Below the pieces are notes generated by a model. It had not been told where the DNA came from. It did not search any database and saw only the letters and a list, made by a program, of their open reading frames with translations. A stretch of DNA of 63,873 nucleotides, the filler included, from Lama guanicoe (lineage: Eukaryota): NCBI GenBank assembly GCA_013239625.1. It is 185 parts of 185 records of this genome, joined end to end, with 100 filler letters (N's around TTAATTAATTAA, not from the genome) between each part and the next. Parts side by side here need not be neighbours in the genome. Positions count along the whole stretch, not along the records: positions 49,449 to 49,694 come from PNXV01047574.1; positions 49,795 to 50,040 come from PNXV01047575.1; positions 50,141 to 50,386 come from PNXV01047576.1; positions 50,487 to 50,732 come from PNXV01047577.1; positions 50,833 to 51,078 come from PNXV01047578.1; positions 51,179 to 51,424 come from PNXV01047579.1; positions 51,525 to 51,770 come from PNXV01047580.1; positions 51,871 to 52,116 come from PNXV01047581.1; 177 more parts are not named here. One strand, 5' to 3'. Made by a program: the position numbers and the translations under genes. Each line of letters begins with the position of its first letter. Positions within the stretch are counted from its first letter, which is position 1. Below, one piece after another: positions 49,349-62,143 of the stretch.

Positions 49349-50486
49349 NNNNNNNNNNNNNNNNNNNNNNNNNNNNNNNNNNNNNNNNNNNNTTAATTAA
49401 TTAANNNNNNNNNNNNNNNNNNNNNNNNNNNNNNNNNNNNNNNNNNNNCTCAGGTAGTAAGTGGTAATTCAATATTCTCTTCAAGAAGTGAGTAGATGTG
49501 CTGATAATTTTTAATGCTACACCTCTGCTAGAAGTAAAATTAGTTATTATAAAAATCAAGTTGGAATGGAATTTTTTTGACTAGCATCGAATTCCTTCAG
49601 TTAATTTACAAAACTTCAACATTGCAATCCAAGGCTAACTTAAACAGCTTGTTAAATATACTTTGAGGAGAATTTTTTTGGAAACTACTTTTTGNNNNNN
49701 NNNNNNNNNNNNNNNNNNNNNNNNNNNNNNNNNNNNNNTTAATTAATTAANNNNNNNNNNNNNNNNNNNNNNNNNNNNNNNNNNNNNNNNNNNNCAAAGA
49801 AGCAAAGAGCATCAACAAAGAAATAAATGAAGGTAAATTAAAACGTCTTTCTTATTTTTAAGTTATGTAAAAGATTCCTGACTGTTTAAAGCTGAAATGG
49901 CAACAACATATTGTGCATTAATAGCATATTCAGAAGTAAATTATGACAATAATAGTAAAAGAGATGAGAGTGGAGAACTGGAAATATACCATCAAAAGAT
50001 CTTTACACTATATATAAAGCAGTATAATGTTATTTGAAGGNNNNNNNNNNNNNNNNNNNNNNNNNNNNNNNNNNNNNNNNNNNNTTAATTAATTAANNNN
50101 NNNNNNNNNNNNNNNNNNNNNNNNNNNNNNNNNNNNNNNNTCACAAGATGTAATGAGGACTGAGATTCCTCCAAGAGAGAATTAAGCCAGACTTCCACAT
50201 TGCCCTCTGCCATCACGGGTTTATCCAGTTCAATCGTCTCACCCTCTCGAGAGGAAACTGACAGAATGCGATCATAGATCTGTGTTGAAAACCCAAATAA
50301 AAAAAGCTACATTTTTATAAATAAATTCCTCCATTGTCCTCCTGGCAATGTTATCCTTTCCGTAGAAAATTAAGCTACATAATACANNNNNNNNNNNNNN
50401 NNNNNNNNNNNNNNNNNNNNNNNNNNNNNNTTAATTAATTAANNNNNNNNNNNNNNNNNNNNNNNNNNNNNNNNNNNNNNNNNNNN

Positions 50487-50595
50487 ATATTCTTTTTCAT
50501 TATAGATTATTACAAGGCATTGAATATCCTTCCCTGTATTATACAGTAGTCTTTGTTGTTTATCTATTTTATGTGTAGTAGTGTGTATCTGCAAA
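50487..50595 (-). mobile_element. LINE-1 3' UTR fragment
   Basis: atattctttttcattatagattattacaagg..ttccctgtattatacagtag..tttatctattttat. Confidence 0.75.
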
Positions 50596-53324
50596 TTTAA
50601 TTTAGAAGCCATTTCTTCTGTGTGAATTATTCTAGGTGAGTGATCTAACAGACTTCTTAGAGTCACTAACAGGTGACTAGTAAGAGGAACTTTTTAATAG
50701 AAGCAAAATATAAAGGTGAAGTAGCAATCAAANNNNNNNNNNNNNNNNNNNNNNNNNNNNNNNNNNNNNNNNNNNNTTAATTAATTAANNNNNNNNNNNN
50801 NNNNNNNNNNNNNNNNNNNNNNNNNNNNNNNNGTGAAACACGGGTGGTAACTGAGAATAGGGTTTACATTATTCTGTCCTGTGTTTCATCTGGCATCCCT
50901 AGTAAAGCAACGTGCTTTTATCCAATTTCAAGCTGTACGCAGTGGTAAGTGTGTACAGACTCTCTGTTTCGGTGTCCGAATCCTAAATTAGTTACTAATC
51001 AGCGTACATGGTTTTATCATGACCCAGATGCACCCATTCTTTTACATAATGTCTCTGGCCACCTTTGCACTATGGAGCNNNNNNNNNNNNNNNNNNNNNN
51101 NNNNNNNNNNNNNNNNNNNNNNTTAATTAATTAANNNNNNNNNNNNNNNNNNNNNNNNNNNNNNNNNNNNNNNNNNNNACTTGAGACTTAAAGAGTTTAC
51201 CAGGAGGAAGAATTCTCAGTGTTAAAATTGAAACAGTCTTGTGAAAAGAGGGCCAGTTAGTCGATCCAACACATTTCATCTTCTGCCTTATTGTTTCAGG
51301 TACATATTTTATAATACATTTTTAATTTTAAAATAGTTTAGATACACATAAAAGTTGAGAGAGTAGTACAGATAGCTCCCCACCCACTCTTCCCCACTGT
51401 TAGCACATTGCATTAGTATAATATNNNNNNNNNNNNNNNNNNNNNNNNNNNNNNNNNNNNNNNNNNNNTTAATTAATTAANNNNNNNNNNNNNNNNNNNN
51501 NNNNNNNNNNNNNNNNNNNNNNNNCACTTTTTATGTCTGATCTTCATTTTCCTCATCTTTTAAAATGAGTAGACTTTTATTAGATGAGCCATGAGACTTC
51601 CTGTCATCCAAAACAATAAACACTATGCCCAGTTTTCTGATTGGGTCAGAAGTCTGACTCAATATGACTCATAGAGTGTGGCTTTGTTTTGGCTTATCCT
51701 TGGCCCTGGAACATCCAGAAGCCTAGTTAATTCCTCCTCTGGGCTCTCTACTGCTTGTATAATGGTAAGANNNNNNNNNNNNNNNNNNNNNNNNNNNNNN
51801 NNNNNNNNNNNNNNTTAATTAATTAANNNNNNNNNNNNNNNNNNNNNNNNNNNNNNNNNNNNNNNNNNNNCCAGAGAACTGGGATTACAGGGATGTGCCT
51901 GGCATAGTAAGTTCATACTCCGCTCATGACGTCTCCCAGAGAATCTACTACACTCATGGTCGCCACTGAAAGAGGGAGACAAGGGGCCGTCATCAGACTG
52001 GACTGGGGCAGGCACTACACGCGAAGGCAATGAACGTCTGACCTACAAAAACAAATGAGGCCAATCTGATTTCTCTTTAAGGAATGTTGCCACGTGGAGA
52101 CTGAGAGGCTGTTGCCNNNNNNNNNNNNNNNNNNNNNNNNNNNNNNNNNNNNNNNNNNNNTTAATTAATTAANNNNNNNNNNNNNNNNNNNNNNNNNNNN
52201 NNNNNNNNNNNNNNNNTCAGTGGCCTCGTCGCAGAGGTCCCAGGCCCCAAGCAGGCTGCCCCAAACGCAGGGCACATGTACACCGGCTTAAATGTATAAT
52301 TACATCTACTCAGTGGTGACCAGGTCTTCAAAAGTCAGACTTTCCTGGGTCACTTCTTGACATGTAGAGTTCATCCTTCAGGATTTCTAACGGTGGAAAT
52401 GAGGGCTCCTTACCTTTCGCGTGTTATCTACTCATTTTCTCTTGCTTTGATACATGGACAGCNNNNNNNNNNNNNNNNNNNNNNNNNNNNNNNNNNNNNN
52501 NNNNNNTTAATTAATTAANNNNNNNNNNNNNNNNNNNNNNNNNNNNNNNNNNNNNNNNNNNNGTGGGAAACTTGGTTGGTGCCCATCTCAGGTCCTCAGG
52601 GATCCTTTTCACTGGCTGCTGTGGTTGCTGCAGCTCACTGCTGGTTTCTGCACAAGTTCTAGGTAGGACTGCCCTTGGGCAATGAAGCTGCCTCCAAGGG
52701 GAGCGCCTGGGAGTCACCACCCCTACCCAGCATGGCCTGGAGCAGTGATCTTCTGTCCTGAGGCATAAAAGCCCTACTCCCTGACCTCAGGACAGAGGGA
52801 CTGCCATGNNNNNNNNNNNNNNNNNNNNNNNNNNNNNNNNNNNNNNNNNNNNTTAATTAATTAANNNNNNNNNNNNNNNNNNNNNNNNNNNNNNNNNNNN
52901 NNNNNNNNTCAGTCACATGATCTATTCTGAAATCAAAGCTCAGAATCATTTCAGTGGACAGAGATGAAGAAAGTGGCTAGCCAAGACCACCGTTTGGCCA
53001 GTGACCTATCTTCCCTTCTCGGGTCCCATCAGTTCTCCAGAGATAGGAAGGATGCTGCACCTGGCCTCGTCTTGGAGTCCTGGCCAGCGGTGCAGAGACC
53101 ACTGTAACATTCTTCTCACCATTTATTCAGGTCATCCACTCAGAAAGCCAGAGGNNNNNNNNNNNNNNNNNNNNNNNNNNNNNNNNNNNNNNNNNNNNTT
53201 AATTAATTAANNNNNNNNNNNNNNNNNNNNNNNNNNNNNNNNNNNNNNNNNNNNTATATTATATGTATATATTATTATACATATTATACTATATTATATA
53301 CATGTATTAAGTTAATCTGCACCA

Positions 53325-53490
53325 ATGTGTTGTTTAAGGGCACTGTATCCTTATTGATTTCCTGTCTGGATGATCTGTCCATTGATGTAAGTAGGATTTT
53401 AAAGTCCCCATTATTATTGTGTTACTATCAGTTTCCCCCTTTATGTCTGTTAATATTTGTTTAATGTGTTTAGAAACTCCTATGTTGTGT
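53325..53490 (-). mobile_element. LINE-1 ORF2 endonuclease fragment flanked by TA-rich repeats
   Basis: ccttattgatttcctgtctggatgatctgtccattgatgtaagt..aaagtcccc (GDF on minus). Confidence 0.8.
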
Positions 53491-54638
53491 ATATATATAT
53501 NNNNNNNNNNNNNNNNNNNNNNNNNNNNNNNNNNNNNNNNNNNNTTAATTAATTAANNNNNNNNNNNNNNNNNNNNNNNNNNNNNNNNNNNNNNNNNNNN
53601 GCTTCATCTTAATTAGATTCACGATGAACATTTCTGGCATTAAAACAACTGTAGGTACTGCTTTTGACCCTCCTACCATGCCTAACTTGTGTAATTGCGA
53701 CGTGGGTGTGCAGTTCTAGACTGTGACTGTTTTCTCTCTGCCCTCTGAGGAGCTTATTCTGCTCTCTTCTGGCTTATTGTCATATTGGGAAGTCTGCTTT
53801 TTCAGACTCTGTCATTCCCTTTTCTCAGACTACTTTTATTATCTTCNNNNNNNNNNNNNNNNNNNNNNNNNNNNNNNNNNNNNNNNNNNNTTAATTAATT
53901 AANNNNNNNNNNNNNNNNNNNNNNNNNNNNNNNNNNNNNNNNNNNNCTGAGATTTAAATTTGGGAAATGGTCAAAAATCATTAGGAGTAAAGGCTGTGGC
54001 ATAAGGTGAGCAACCTATTCCAAGAGTATGCACCTTTCTAGAAGAAGGCTCAAGAAAGATGTGTTGACATCTTTTATTGACTTATTGAGTAAACCAATGG
54101 TAAATTTCTTTTTTCAAACATGCAATCTGATTATGGATTAAAAAAAGATTACTAGCTAACCAGCAAGTCTGTGAGTCATTCATTCATTCATTNNNNNNNN
54201 NNNNNNNNNNNNNNNNNNNNNNNNNNNNNNNNNNNNTTAATTAATTAANNNNNNNNNNNNNNNNNNNNNNNNNNNNNNNNNNNNNNNNNNNNCATTGCTT
54301 CAGGGGCTCTAACGGAGCGCCCTGCAGGGCTGGGAGGGAGCCCCCACAGCGAAGCCAAGAAGCTGGACCAGGGCCACGTCTGGCTTCTCACGGAGCACGT
54401 CCCGGCAGCGCTCTGAGGAGACACGGTCTCACTCCATCACTGTCCCAAACTCAGGGTCCCCAGGAGGCAAGTGTAATTTGAACTCCACCAAACCCACATC
54501 CCACTGGCCCTGTTCCCGACACTATCTGCATCCAGCCANNNNNNNNNNNNNNNNNNNNNNNNNNNNNNNNNNNNNNNNNNNNTTAATTAATTAANNNNNN
54601 NNNNNNNNNNNNNNNNNNNNNNNNNNNNNNNNNNNNNN

Positions 54639-54884
54639 AAGAGATGAACGCTGGCGAGGGTGTGGAGGAGAGGGGACCCTTGTGCACTGTGAGTGGGGCT
54701 GTGCACTGGTGCATCAACTATGGAAAGCAGTGTGGAGGTGCCTCAAAAAATTAAGCATAGAACTACCGTACGATCCAGCAATCCCAGTTCCGGTGTGTAT
54801 CTGAAGGAAGCGAAAACAGTGTCAAGGGGATATCTTCCCTCCTATGTTTATTGCAGCATTACTCAAAACAGCCAAATTACAGAA
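54639..54884 (+). mobile_element. LINE-1 ORF2 C-terminus
   Basis: gctggcgagggtgtggag..actatggaaagcagtgtggaggtgcctcaaaaaattaa..gatccagcaatccca..atgtttattgcagcatt. Confidence 0.88.
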
Positions 54885-55330
54885 NNNNNNNNNNNNNNNN
54901 NNNNNNNNNNNNNNNNNNNNNNNNNNNNTTAATTAATTAANNNNNNNNNNNNNNNNNNNNNNNNNNNNNNNNNNNNNNNNNNNNAGCATTTGTCTTTTTT
55001 TCTTTACTGTAAACTGTATGTTTTTATACTTTGTCCACTTTTCTATTAGATTATTTATCTTTTTCTTATTTACTTATGTTACTTTTAATAATTAAATATG
55101 TGGTTTTAAGGGATCTATTAAATCATAAGTAATTTTAATTATATCTTGAAATAAAAACTTTGCTTAGGAGATGTAGTAGACAAAAATTGTGTTTGCTAGC
55201 TCAGTATCTGTTTCCCCTTCTGAAAACAGCNNNNNNNNNNNNNNNNNNNNNNNNNNNNNNNNNNNNNNNNNNNNTTAATTAATTAANNNNNNNNNNNNNN
55301 NNNNNNNNNNNNNNNNNNNNNNNNNNNNNN

Positions 55331-55570
55331 TATTCTGTGTTCTACATTCTATATTCTAAATTCTATATTCAGTATACTGAATTCTATATTCTAAATTCTG
55401 TGTTCTGCATTCCGTGTTCATATTTCTGTGCTATATTCCCCATTCTGTATACTATATTTCGTGTTCTTCATTCTGGATTCTACCTTCAAAATTCTCCATT
55501 CCGTAGTCTATATTCTATATACTCTGTTTTACATTCTATATTCTAAATTCTATATTCAGTATTCTGTATT
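55331..55570 (-). repeat. Degenerate 7-bp (AGAATAY)n satellite, reverse orientation
   Basis: tattcta/tattctg units throughout. Confidence 0.9.
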
Positions 55571-56016
55571 NNNNNNNNNNNNNNNNNNNNNNNNNNNNNN
55601 NNNNNNNNNNNNNNTTAATTAATTAANNNNNNNNNNNNNNNNNNNNNNNNNNNNNNNNNNNNNNNNNNNNAGGTCAGTTATGATTTCTATAGACTGTTGC
55701 TTCTACAAAGCCATTTTCATATTAACACTGGAAGATCATATTAGTCCTACTACAAGGATGCTTTTTAAGTTTGCCACAAATATGTTTTAAAAAGCGATCC
55801 GATGTTACAGCACTGTGTCGTTTGTATTTCCCTCTGGTGTAGGGTTACATACTCCCTCTCACACTGAGGCAGACCACAGTCTGTTCGCACCATAACCATC
55901 GCAGCTGCATCACAGGNNNNNNNNNNNNNNNNNNNNNNNNNNNNNNNNNNNNNNNNNNNNTTAATTAATTAANNNNNNNNNNNNNNNNNNNNNNNNNNNN
56001 NNNNNNNNNNNNNNNN

Positions 56017-56262
56017 CCACCCCGCAGTCCACCTTGGCCAGCGCCGGTGTCCCTCCGAAGCAGCTCCCACCTGGGGAGCCCTACACACCAGCACACCCAC
56101 AGGAGTTGTGATCAGGCCTCACAGCGAGTTGTGGCAGAGACCAGTCGCACGCAGACACGTGCTGCTCAGCGGCCAAGGCCAACCACGGCAGCCAGCCAGC
56201 TTGGGGCTAGTCCCGCCCACCGGCATGTCTGCAGCAATCAAGACCCAGCCACTGCAGGAAGG
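56017..56262 (+). mobile_element. Possible LINE-1 5' UTR fragment
   Basis: gccagc..ggggctagtcccgcccaccggcatgtctgcagca..cagccactgcaggaagg resembles laurasiatherian L1 5' UTR; recognition only. Confidence 0.35.
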
Positions 56263-56708
56263 NNNNNNNNNNNNNNNNNNNNNNNNNNNNNNNNNNNNNN
56301 NNNNNNTTAATTAATTAANNNNNNNNNNNNNNNNNNNNNNNNNNNNNNNNNNNNNNNNNNNNCCGGCCCAGGTCAACACTTCTGGGTCTGAGGACTCCTA
56401 AGCTGCTGGCTAGGCAAGAACGTAATGAGAGTGTTTTCCAAGTGTCCCAAATTTGGAAACATCATTCCCATCAAAATAAACAGATTACTTTGTAAAGAGA
56501 TTCTCTGCCTGCATTTTTTGCTCCTTCTAAAAAGGAGACCTGTGATTTGAAGGAAAAAAATGCCCTCTATGTAGCTTTTCTCAAAGACACTATGATGAGC
56601 AGGAGTTCNNNNNNNNNNNNNNNNNNNNNNNNNNNNNNNNNNNNNNNNNNNNTTAATTAATTAANNNNNNNNNNNNNNNNNNNNNNNNNNNNNNNNNNNN
56701 NNNNNNNN

Positions 56709-56954
56709 ACTGACCCAAACGGCGCCCAAGGCCAGGCCCCCGTGACCACTGGCCAAAACCGTTCCCCAGGCCAGGCCCCAGCGACCATTGACCCAAATCG
56801 TTCCCCAGAACATGCCGCCGCGACCACTGGCCCAAACCGCTCCCCAGGCGAGGGCCCCGAAACCACTGGCCAAAACCGCTCCCCAGGCCAGGCCCCCACG
56901 ATCACTGGCCCAAACCGGGCCCCAGGACAGGCCACCGCGACCACTGGCTCAAAG
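56709..56954. repeat. GC-rich 39-bp tandem repeat, ~6.3 units
   Basis: Unit about ACTGGCCCAAACCGCTCCCCAGGCCAGGCCCCCGCGACC, no indels between units; 13-aa periodicity in the ORF track. Confidence 0.92.
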
Positions 56955-58092
56955 NNNNNNNNNNNNNNNNNNNNNNNNNNNNNNNNNNNNNNNNNNNNTT
57001 AATTAATTAANNNNNNNNNNNNNNNNNNNNNNNNNNNNNNNNNNNNNNNNNNNNGGCTACTCTAATGGGCCACGCACGAGAGCTGAGGTGCAGAGATAAG
57101 TCGGAATCAAAGGAGAGTCGGGACTACTGAGCCTGAGATCACTTCTGAGCTAAACTTCTAGACTCAGGTGCACAGAGAGAACCACAGGACACTAGCGCTA
57201 TCGTTAGAAAACCCAAGTGGATATAGAGGTAATAATCTTGTCAGGAACAGGAAAGTGGCAAAACTAGTTTTTCTTGAGAGGGGAATAAGAAATAAGTTCA
57301 NNNNNNNNNNNNNNNNNNNNNNNNNNNNNNNNNNNNNNNNNNNNTTAATTAATTAANNNNNNNNNNNNNNNNNNNNNNNNNNNNNNNNNNNNNNNNNNNN
57401 CATGGGAGTTAGTGCCTCTGGGACCCTGTGGCACCAATATTCACAAACAGGTTGAAGAGGGACTTATTTGCAGGCAAGTAGGCAGCCAAGGGTGTGTCCA
57501 AAGTTCCTCAGAGCTCCACATCCTTTCCCCAGCCCTGGCCCGGCCCCTGCCCCTGTGAGGGAGAGCAGTGCTGGCCTGGAGCTGGACAGAGCAGTCCCCA
57601 CGCTGAGGGACCAGGACAGGTCAGTTTTGATGAGGAGATAAAGATCNNNNNNNNNNNNNNNNNNNNNNNNNNNNNNNNNNNNNNNNNNNNTTAATTAATT
57701 AANNNNNNNNNNNNNNNNNNNNNNNNNNNNNNNNNNNNNNNNNNNNGAATGGGCTTAAAATTGATATAATAAAATAATAACAATATATAATTGACTTCCA
57801 GGACTACAAATTCTTAATAATGTCACGTACAAAAAATGTACCCTGACATCTCTTTTTAGTGAAGTTAAAATTCTAAAAACGTCATTTTATTGACCGTGCT
57901 TCCCTCGTCTCATCCTTCAGGACAGCCCACTCTCCTCGCTCAGTTTATGGGGAGAAGCTATTGGCTTTTTTCTATAGAAGCATTTGCAGGGANNNNNNNN
58001 NNNNNNNNNNNNNNNNNNNNNNNNNNNNNNNNNNNNTTAATTAATTAANNNNNNNNNNNNNNNNNNNNNNNNNNNNNNNNNNNNNNNNNNNN

Positions 58093-58234
58093 ACATGGTT
58101 CTCCAAGTCATTAGCTTGCCATATACTCAGTCTGCTGGCTTTCTGAATAAAGCTGCTATTCCTTGCCTCAACAATTGTCTCCTGATTTACTAGCCTGTTG
58201 TGCAGTGAGTGGACCAAGTTTGGACTAGGTAACA
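58093..58234 (+). mobile_element. ERV1-type LTR 3' end (R/U5)
   Basis: ctgctggctttctgAATAAAgctgctattccttgcctcaaca..ggaccaagtttggactaggtaaCA: polyA signal and terminal CA. Confidence 0.6.
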
Positions 58235-59130
58235 AAATAGGATGGTATCAATTTATATTGCCACTAGTTGTATATAAAAAGTGGCTATTTGCACATTATT
58301 TGCACTGTTTCCATTATTTAACTTTTTCTAAGAGAGAGNNNNNNNNNNNNNNNNNNNNNNNNNNNNNNNNNNNNNNNNNNNNTTAATTAATTAANNNNNN
58401 NNNNNNNNNNNNNNNNNNNNNNNNNNNNNNNNNNNNNNCTGCACTGTTTAAGAACAATCCAGCAAATAATATTGAAGTCATAAATCCAGCTGTCTTTCAA
58501 TAGACACAGCTTTTAAAGTATAAAATACAGTATTTATAACTATAGTTATGATAAGTGTTCTTGACAAAATTTAAAAAATCTTATTTTTAAAGAAACGGGT
58601 TTTTAATGGTTGTATTTATGTATATATGTGTTTTGGTACCAAAATATCCAATTGATAAGTGCAAATTATACAATAGAAAAAAAANNNNNNNNNNNNNNNN
58701 NNNNNNNNNNNNNNNNNNNNNNNNNNNNTTAATTAATTAANNNNNNNNNNNNNNNNNNNNNNNNNNNNNNNNNNNNNNNNNNNNAGTGTCATGTTAGTTG
58801 ATTTCTTGTCATATAAGACATTAACTGTGTTGATGTATTTTTCCTCTTGCCCACTTTGAGGAGAAATGTATTCATAAATAGATACTGAAATTATCAAAAT
58901 ATTTTATGGCACTATTGAGGTGACCATATAAATTTTATTATTCAGATTTTTAGTGTGGTTAACATACTGTTTAATTTGTGGGTATTGAATCACTTTTGCA
59001 TCCCTGAAGTAAAATGGGCTTAATCATATTNNNNNNNNNNNNNNNNNNNNNNNNNNNNNNNNNNNNNNNNNNNNTTAATTAATTAANNNNNNNNNNNNNN
59101 NNNNNNNNNNNNNNNNNNNNNNNNNNNNNN

Positions 59131-59205
59131 ATCTTGAACTTCCCAGCCTCCAGAACTGTGAGAGGTAAATGTTTGTTGTTTACAGTACCCAACCTCTGGT
59201 AGGTT
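59131..59205 (+). mobile_element. MaLR MLT1 LTR 3' end
   Basis: atcttgaacttcccagcctccagaactgtgagaggtaaatgtttgttgttta. Confidence 0.75.
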
Positions 59206-61206
59206 GGTTGTCTAAGCTATGCTGCCTGAACATCATGGAAGTCTGCTGAATCCCTCATGGTGCAGCGGAGCTGAGTTCTGCACCCCAGCTGTCGAGTGGC
59301 ATGGGGGAGGTGGCAGGTGGAGATGCCTACCGCTGGGCAAGACAGAGTAGGGGGAGGAGAGACCAGGACCAAGGAGNNNNNNNNNNNNNNNNNNNNNNNN
59401 NNNNNNNNNNNNNNNNNNNNTTAATTAATTAANNNNNNNNNNNNNNNNNNNNNNNNNNNNNNNNNNNNNNNNNNNNCATGCGGTAAGAGAGAGCTCCCGC
59501 GGAGCCTTCTGCCCCCCTCCCCCCACGCCCGCCAGCCCCGGGGCCTTTTGAAACCAGTCACTTGTGATTAATCAGCTGGAGCTGCTTTTCAGCCTCCCTT
59601 TAAGTTCATACACAAGTGAGTGCAGGAGAGGACCGGGGAGCCAGGGAGCGGGGCCCCCAGAAAGTACAAAGCTGAGAAAGGCCCAGAAGTCGTGGGAAGA
59701 CCCACAAAGTGGAAACACTCAGNNNNNNNNNNNNNNNNNNNNNNNNNNNNNNNNNNNNNNNNNNNNTTAATTAATTAANNNNNNNNNNNNNNNNNNNNNN
59801 NNNNNNNNNNNNNNNNNNNNNNGATGGTTCGTTCCAAGGATGGGCGTCCTTCTCAGTGACCCTAAGGTCTTGATGTTACCCTAAATGTCCACCTCCCCAG
59901 ACGCCTGGCAGATGGCCTCCCTTTGAAACAGTCCGCAGGAAGCACACAGCCTTCAAGACCGTGCCCTCGCCACGAGCAGTCTTCACGGTGGTGTAACCTG
60001 CCCTTAGCTGCAGTCTTAGTTGCTTTCCCTGCAATGTATCCTCCTCTTCCCCTGCGGCCCCCTCCCTCNNNNNNNNNNNNNNNNNNNNNNNNNNNNNNNN
60101 NNNNNNNNNNNNTTAATTAATTAANNNNNNNNNNNNNNNNNNNNNNNNNNNNNNNNNNNNNNNNNNNNGGACGAGTCCGGGGTCTCAGCCCGGGCTGGGA
60201 CCCCAGCACCGTTCCAGGCGACCAGTTCAATAACAAACAGAGAACTGGTCCCATCCGTCTAAAACCCAGAGAAGGCAGTGTCCACGCCTCAGTCACGCAG
60301 GCAGGCCAAGCAGGGCCCGGGACGTCCCCCACACAAGCTGGAAAGAAGGACCGACACCCGGGCCAGGGTGTTGTCAAGGAAGGTCAGGTGGAGCCAACAC
60401 AGTCACACCCTCGCNNNNNNNNNNNNNNNNNNNNNNNNNNNNNNNNNNNNNNNNNNNNTTAATTAATTAANNNNNNNNNNNNNNNNNNNNNNNNNNNNNN
60501 NNNNNNNNNNNNNNTTATTTAAACTGAAAAGAAATTATTGGGACTCAATAAAAAAGAAAAAAATTCTCATCCCACTTAAATCCACATGTATTGCTTTTCT
60601 TTCGTTTGTCCCTTGCTTGTACCCCCACTAGCTTCTCTTTTTCAATACTTGAACAATTATCTTTTATGTTTTAATTACTTATTTATTAATTGCAGAAAGA
60701 GGGATAATTCACAGTTTATTCTTTTTCCCGATGCTTTGCAATTTTAATAATAGCTATGTTNNNNNNNNNNNNNNNNNNNNNNNNNNNNNNNNNNNNNNNN
60801 NNNNTTAATTAATTAANNNNNNNNNNNNNNNNNNNNNNNNNNNNNNNNNNNNNNNNNNNNGGAGTGAGCCGGGGAGAAGCGTGTCCTGGGAGAGGAGGCA
60901 GAGAGCTCTCGGTCTCCTTGTAAGTCTGAATTCTCCCTGTGGCTTCAACACAGCATGCTAAACGCCAACGCTCTGGAGGGTGGAATCTCCAGCCGCTGTT
61001 GGATAAGCATCGTTACCCGAAGGCCTGCCGAATGCGGGGATATGCCTTGGCCATCTTCACTCCAGTCCCCACCCTGCTCTCTCTCTGATCCCCGCTCACC
61101 TCCACCNNNNNNNNNNNNNNNNNNNNNNNNNNNNNNNNNNNNNNNNNNNNTTAATTAATTAANNNNNNNNNNNNNNNNNNNNNNNNNNNNNNNNNNNNNN
61201 NNNNNN

Positions 61207-61451
61207 CAGAACACAGAATTTAGAATATAGAGTACAGAATATAGAATGTAGAATAAAGACTGTAGAACACAGAATATAGAATATAGAATACAGAAACCAG
61301 AATTTACAACATGGAATGGAGAACACAGAGTATAGAATATAAAATACAGTATACAGAACCCAGAAATTAGGCATGGAATGCAGAACACAGAATATAGGAT
61401 ACAGAATAAAGAATACAGAATATAGAATTTAGAATATAGAATGAAGAACAC
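61207..61451 (+). repeat. Degenerate 7-bp (AGAATAY)n satellite
   Basis: agaatat/agaatac/agaacac units throughout. Confidence 0.9.
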
Positions 61452-61897
61452 NNNNNNNNNNNNNNNNNNNNNNNNNNNNNNNNNNNNNNNNNNNNTTAAT
61501 TAATTAANNNNNNNNNNNNNNNNNNNNNNNNNNNNNNNNNNNNNNNNNNNNCACTCTGTTCCACAAAGACCCAGACTGAAACTGTGTGTCGGCGAATCTA
61601 TCATGAGACCAGGCAAGAGACTGTGCATGCGATTACTATGTGGTCCGTTGGTCCTTAAGCACTAACACAGGTTAAGAATTCAAGCCCATGCCTACATGTA
61701 TGTCCCATATTGGGGACATTTATTGTTCGGTGACCTCTCTTACTCTGGTTTTTCTTCTCAGCAGTCATTACTTTCATTCTTCCCTCTATTCATTTAGNNN
61801 NNNNNNNNNNNNNNNNNNNNNNNNNNNNNNNNNNNNNNNNNTTAATTAATTAANNNNNNNNNNNNNNNNNNNNNNNNNNNNNNNNNNNNNNNNNNNN

Positions 61898-62143
61898 ATC
61901 TGAGCGAGCCGAGGCGAGGTTTGAAAGAGGAGGGAGCAGGCACGAAAGGGAGGGGGCGAGGAAGGCAAGAGGGAGGGAAGGCGATGGGGAGTTTGTCTTG
62001 GCCTTTTGTGCGGACACCTCCCGGATTCCGCACCCGCACTGGCCTCCCAAAAGAGACGTGGGGCCACTGAGCGAGGGACGAGGCCATCCCCCAGAGCGCC
62101 TCGGGGCCTCACGCCTTGGAGACCGCCCAAAAGGAGCACCCCC
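61898..62143. promoter_or_regulatory. CpG-rich promoter or first-exon-like fragment
   Basis: High GC, many CpG, purine-rich tract. Confidence 0.4.

Noticed and set aside
26615..54884. L1 endonuclease, RT and C-terminal pieces as one active element or a novel RT system
   Set aside because: They lie in separate contigs in mixed order and orientation, several are degenerate (stop in the RT RQG motif), and they are ordinary independent L1 copies
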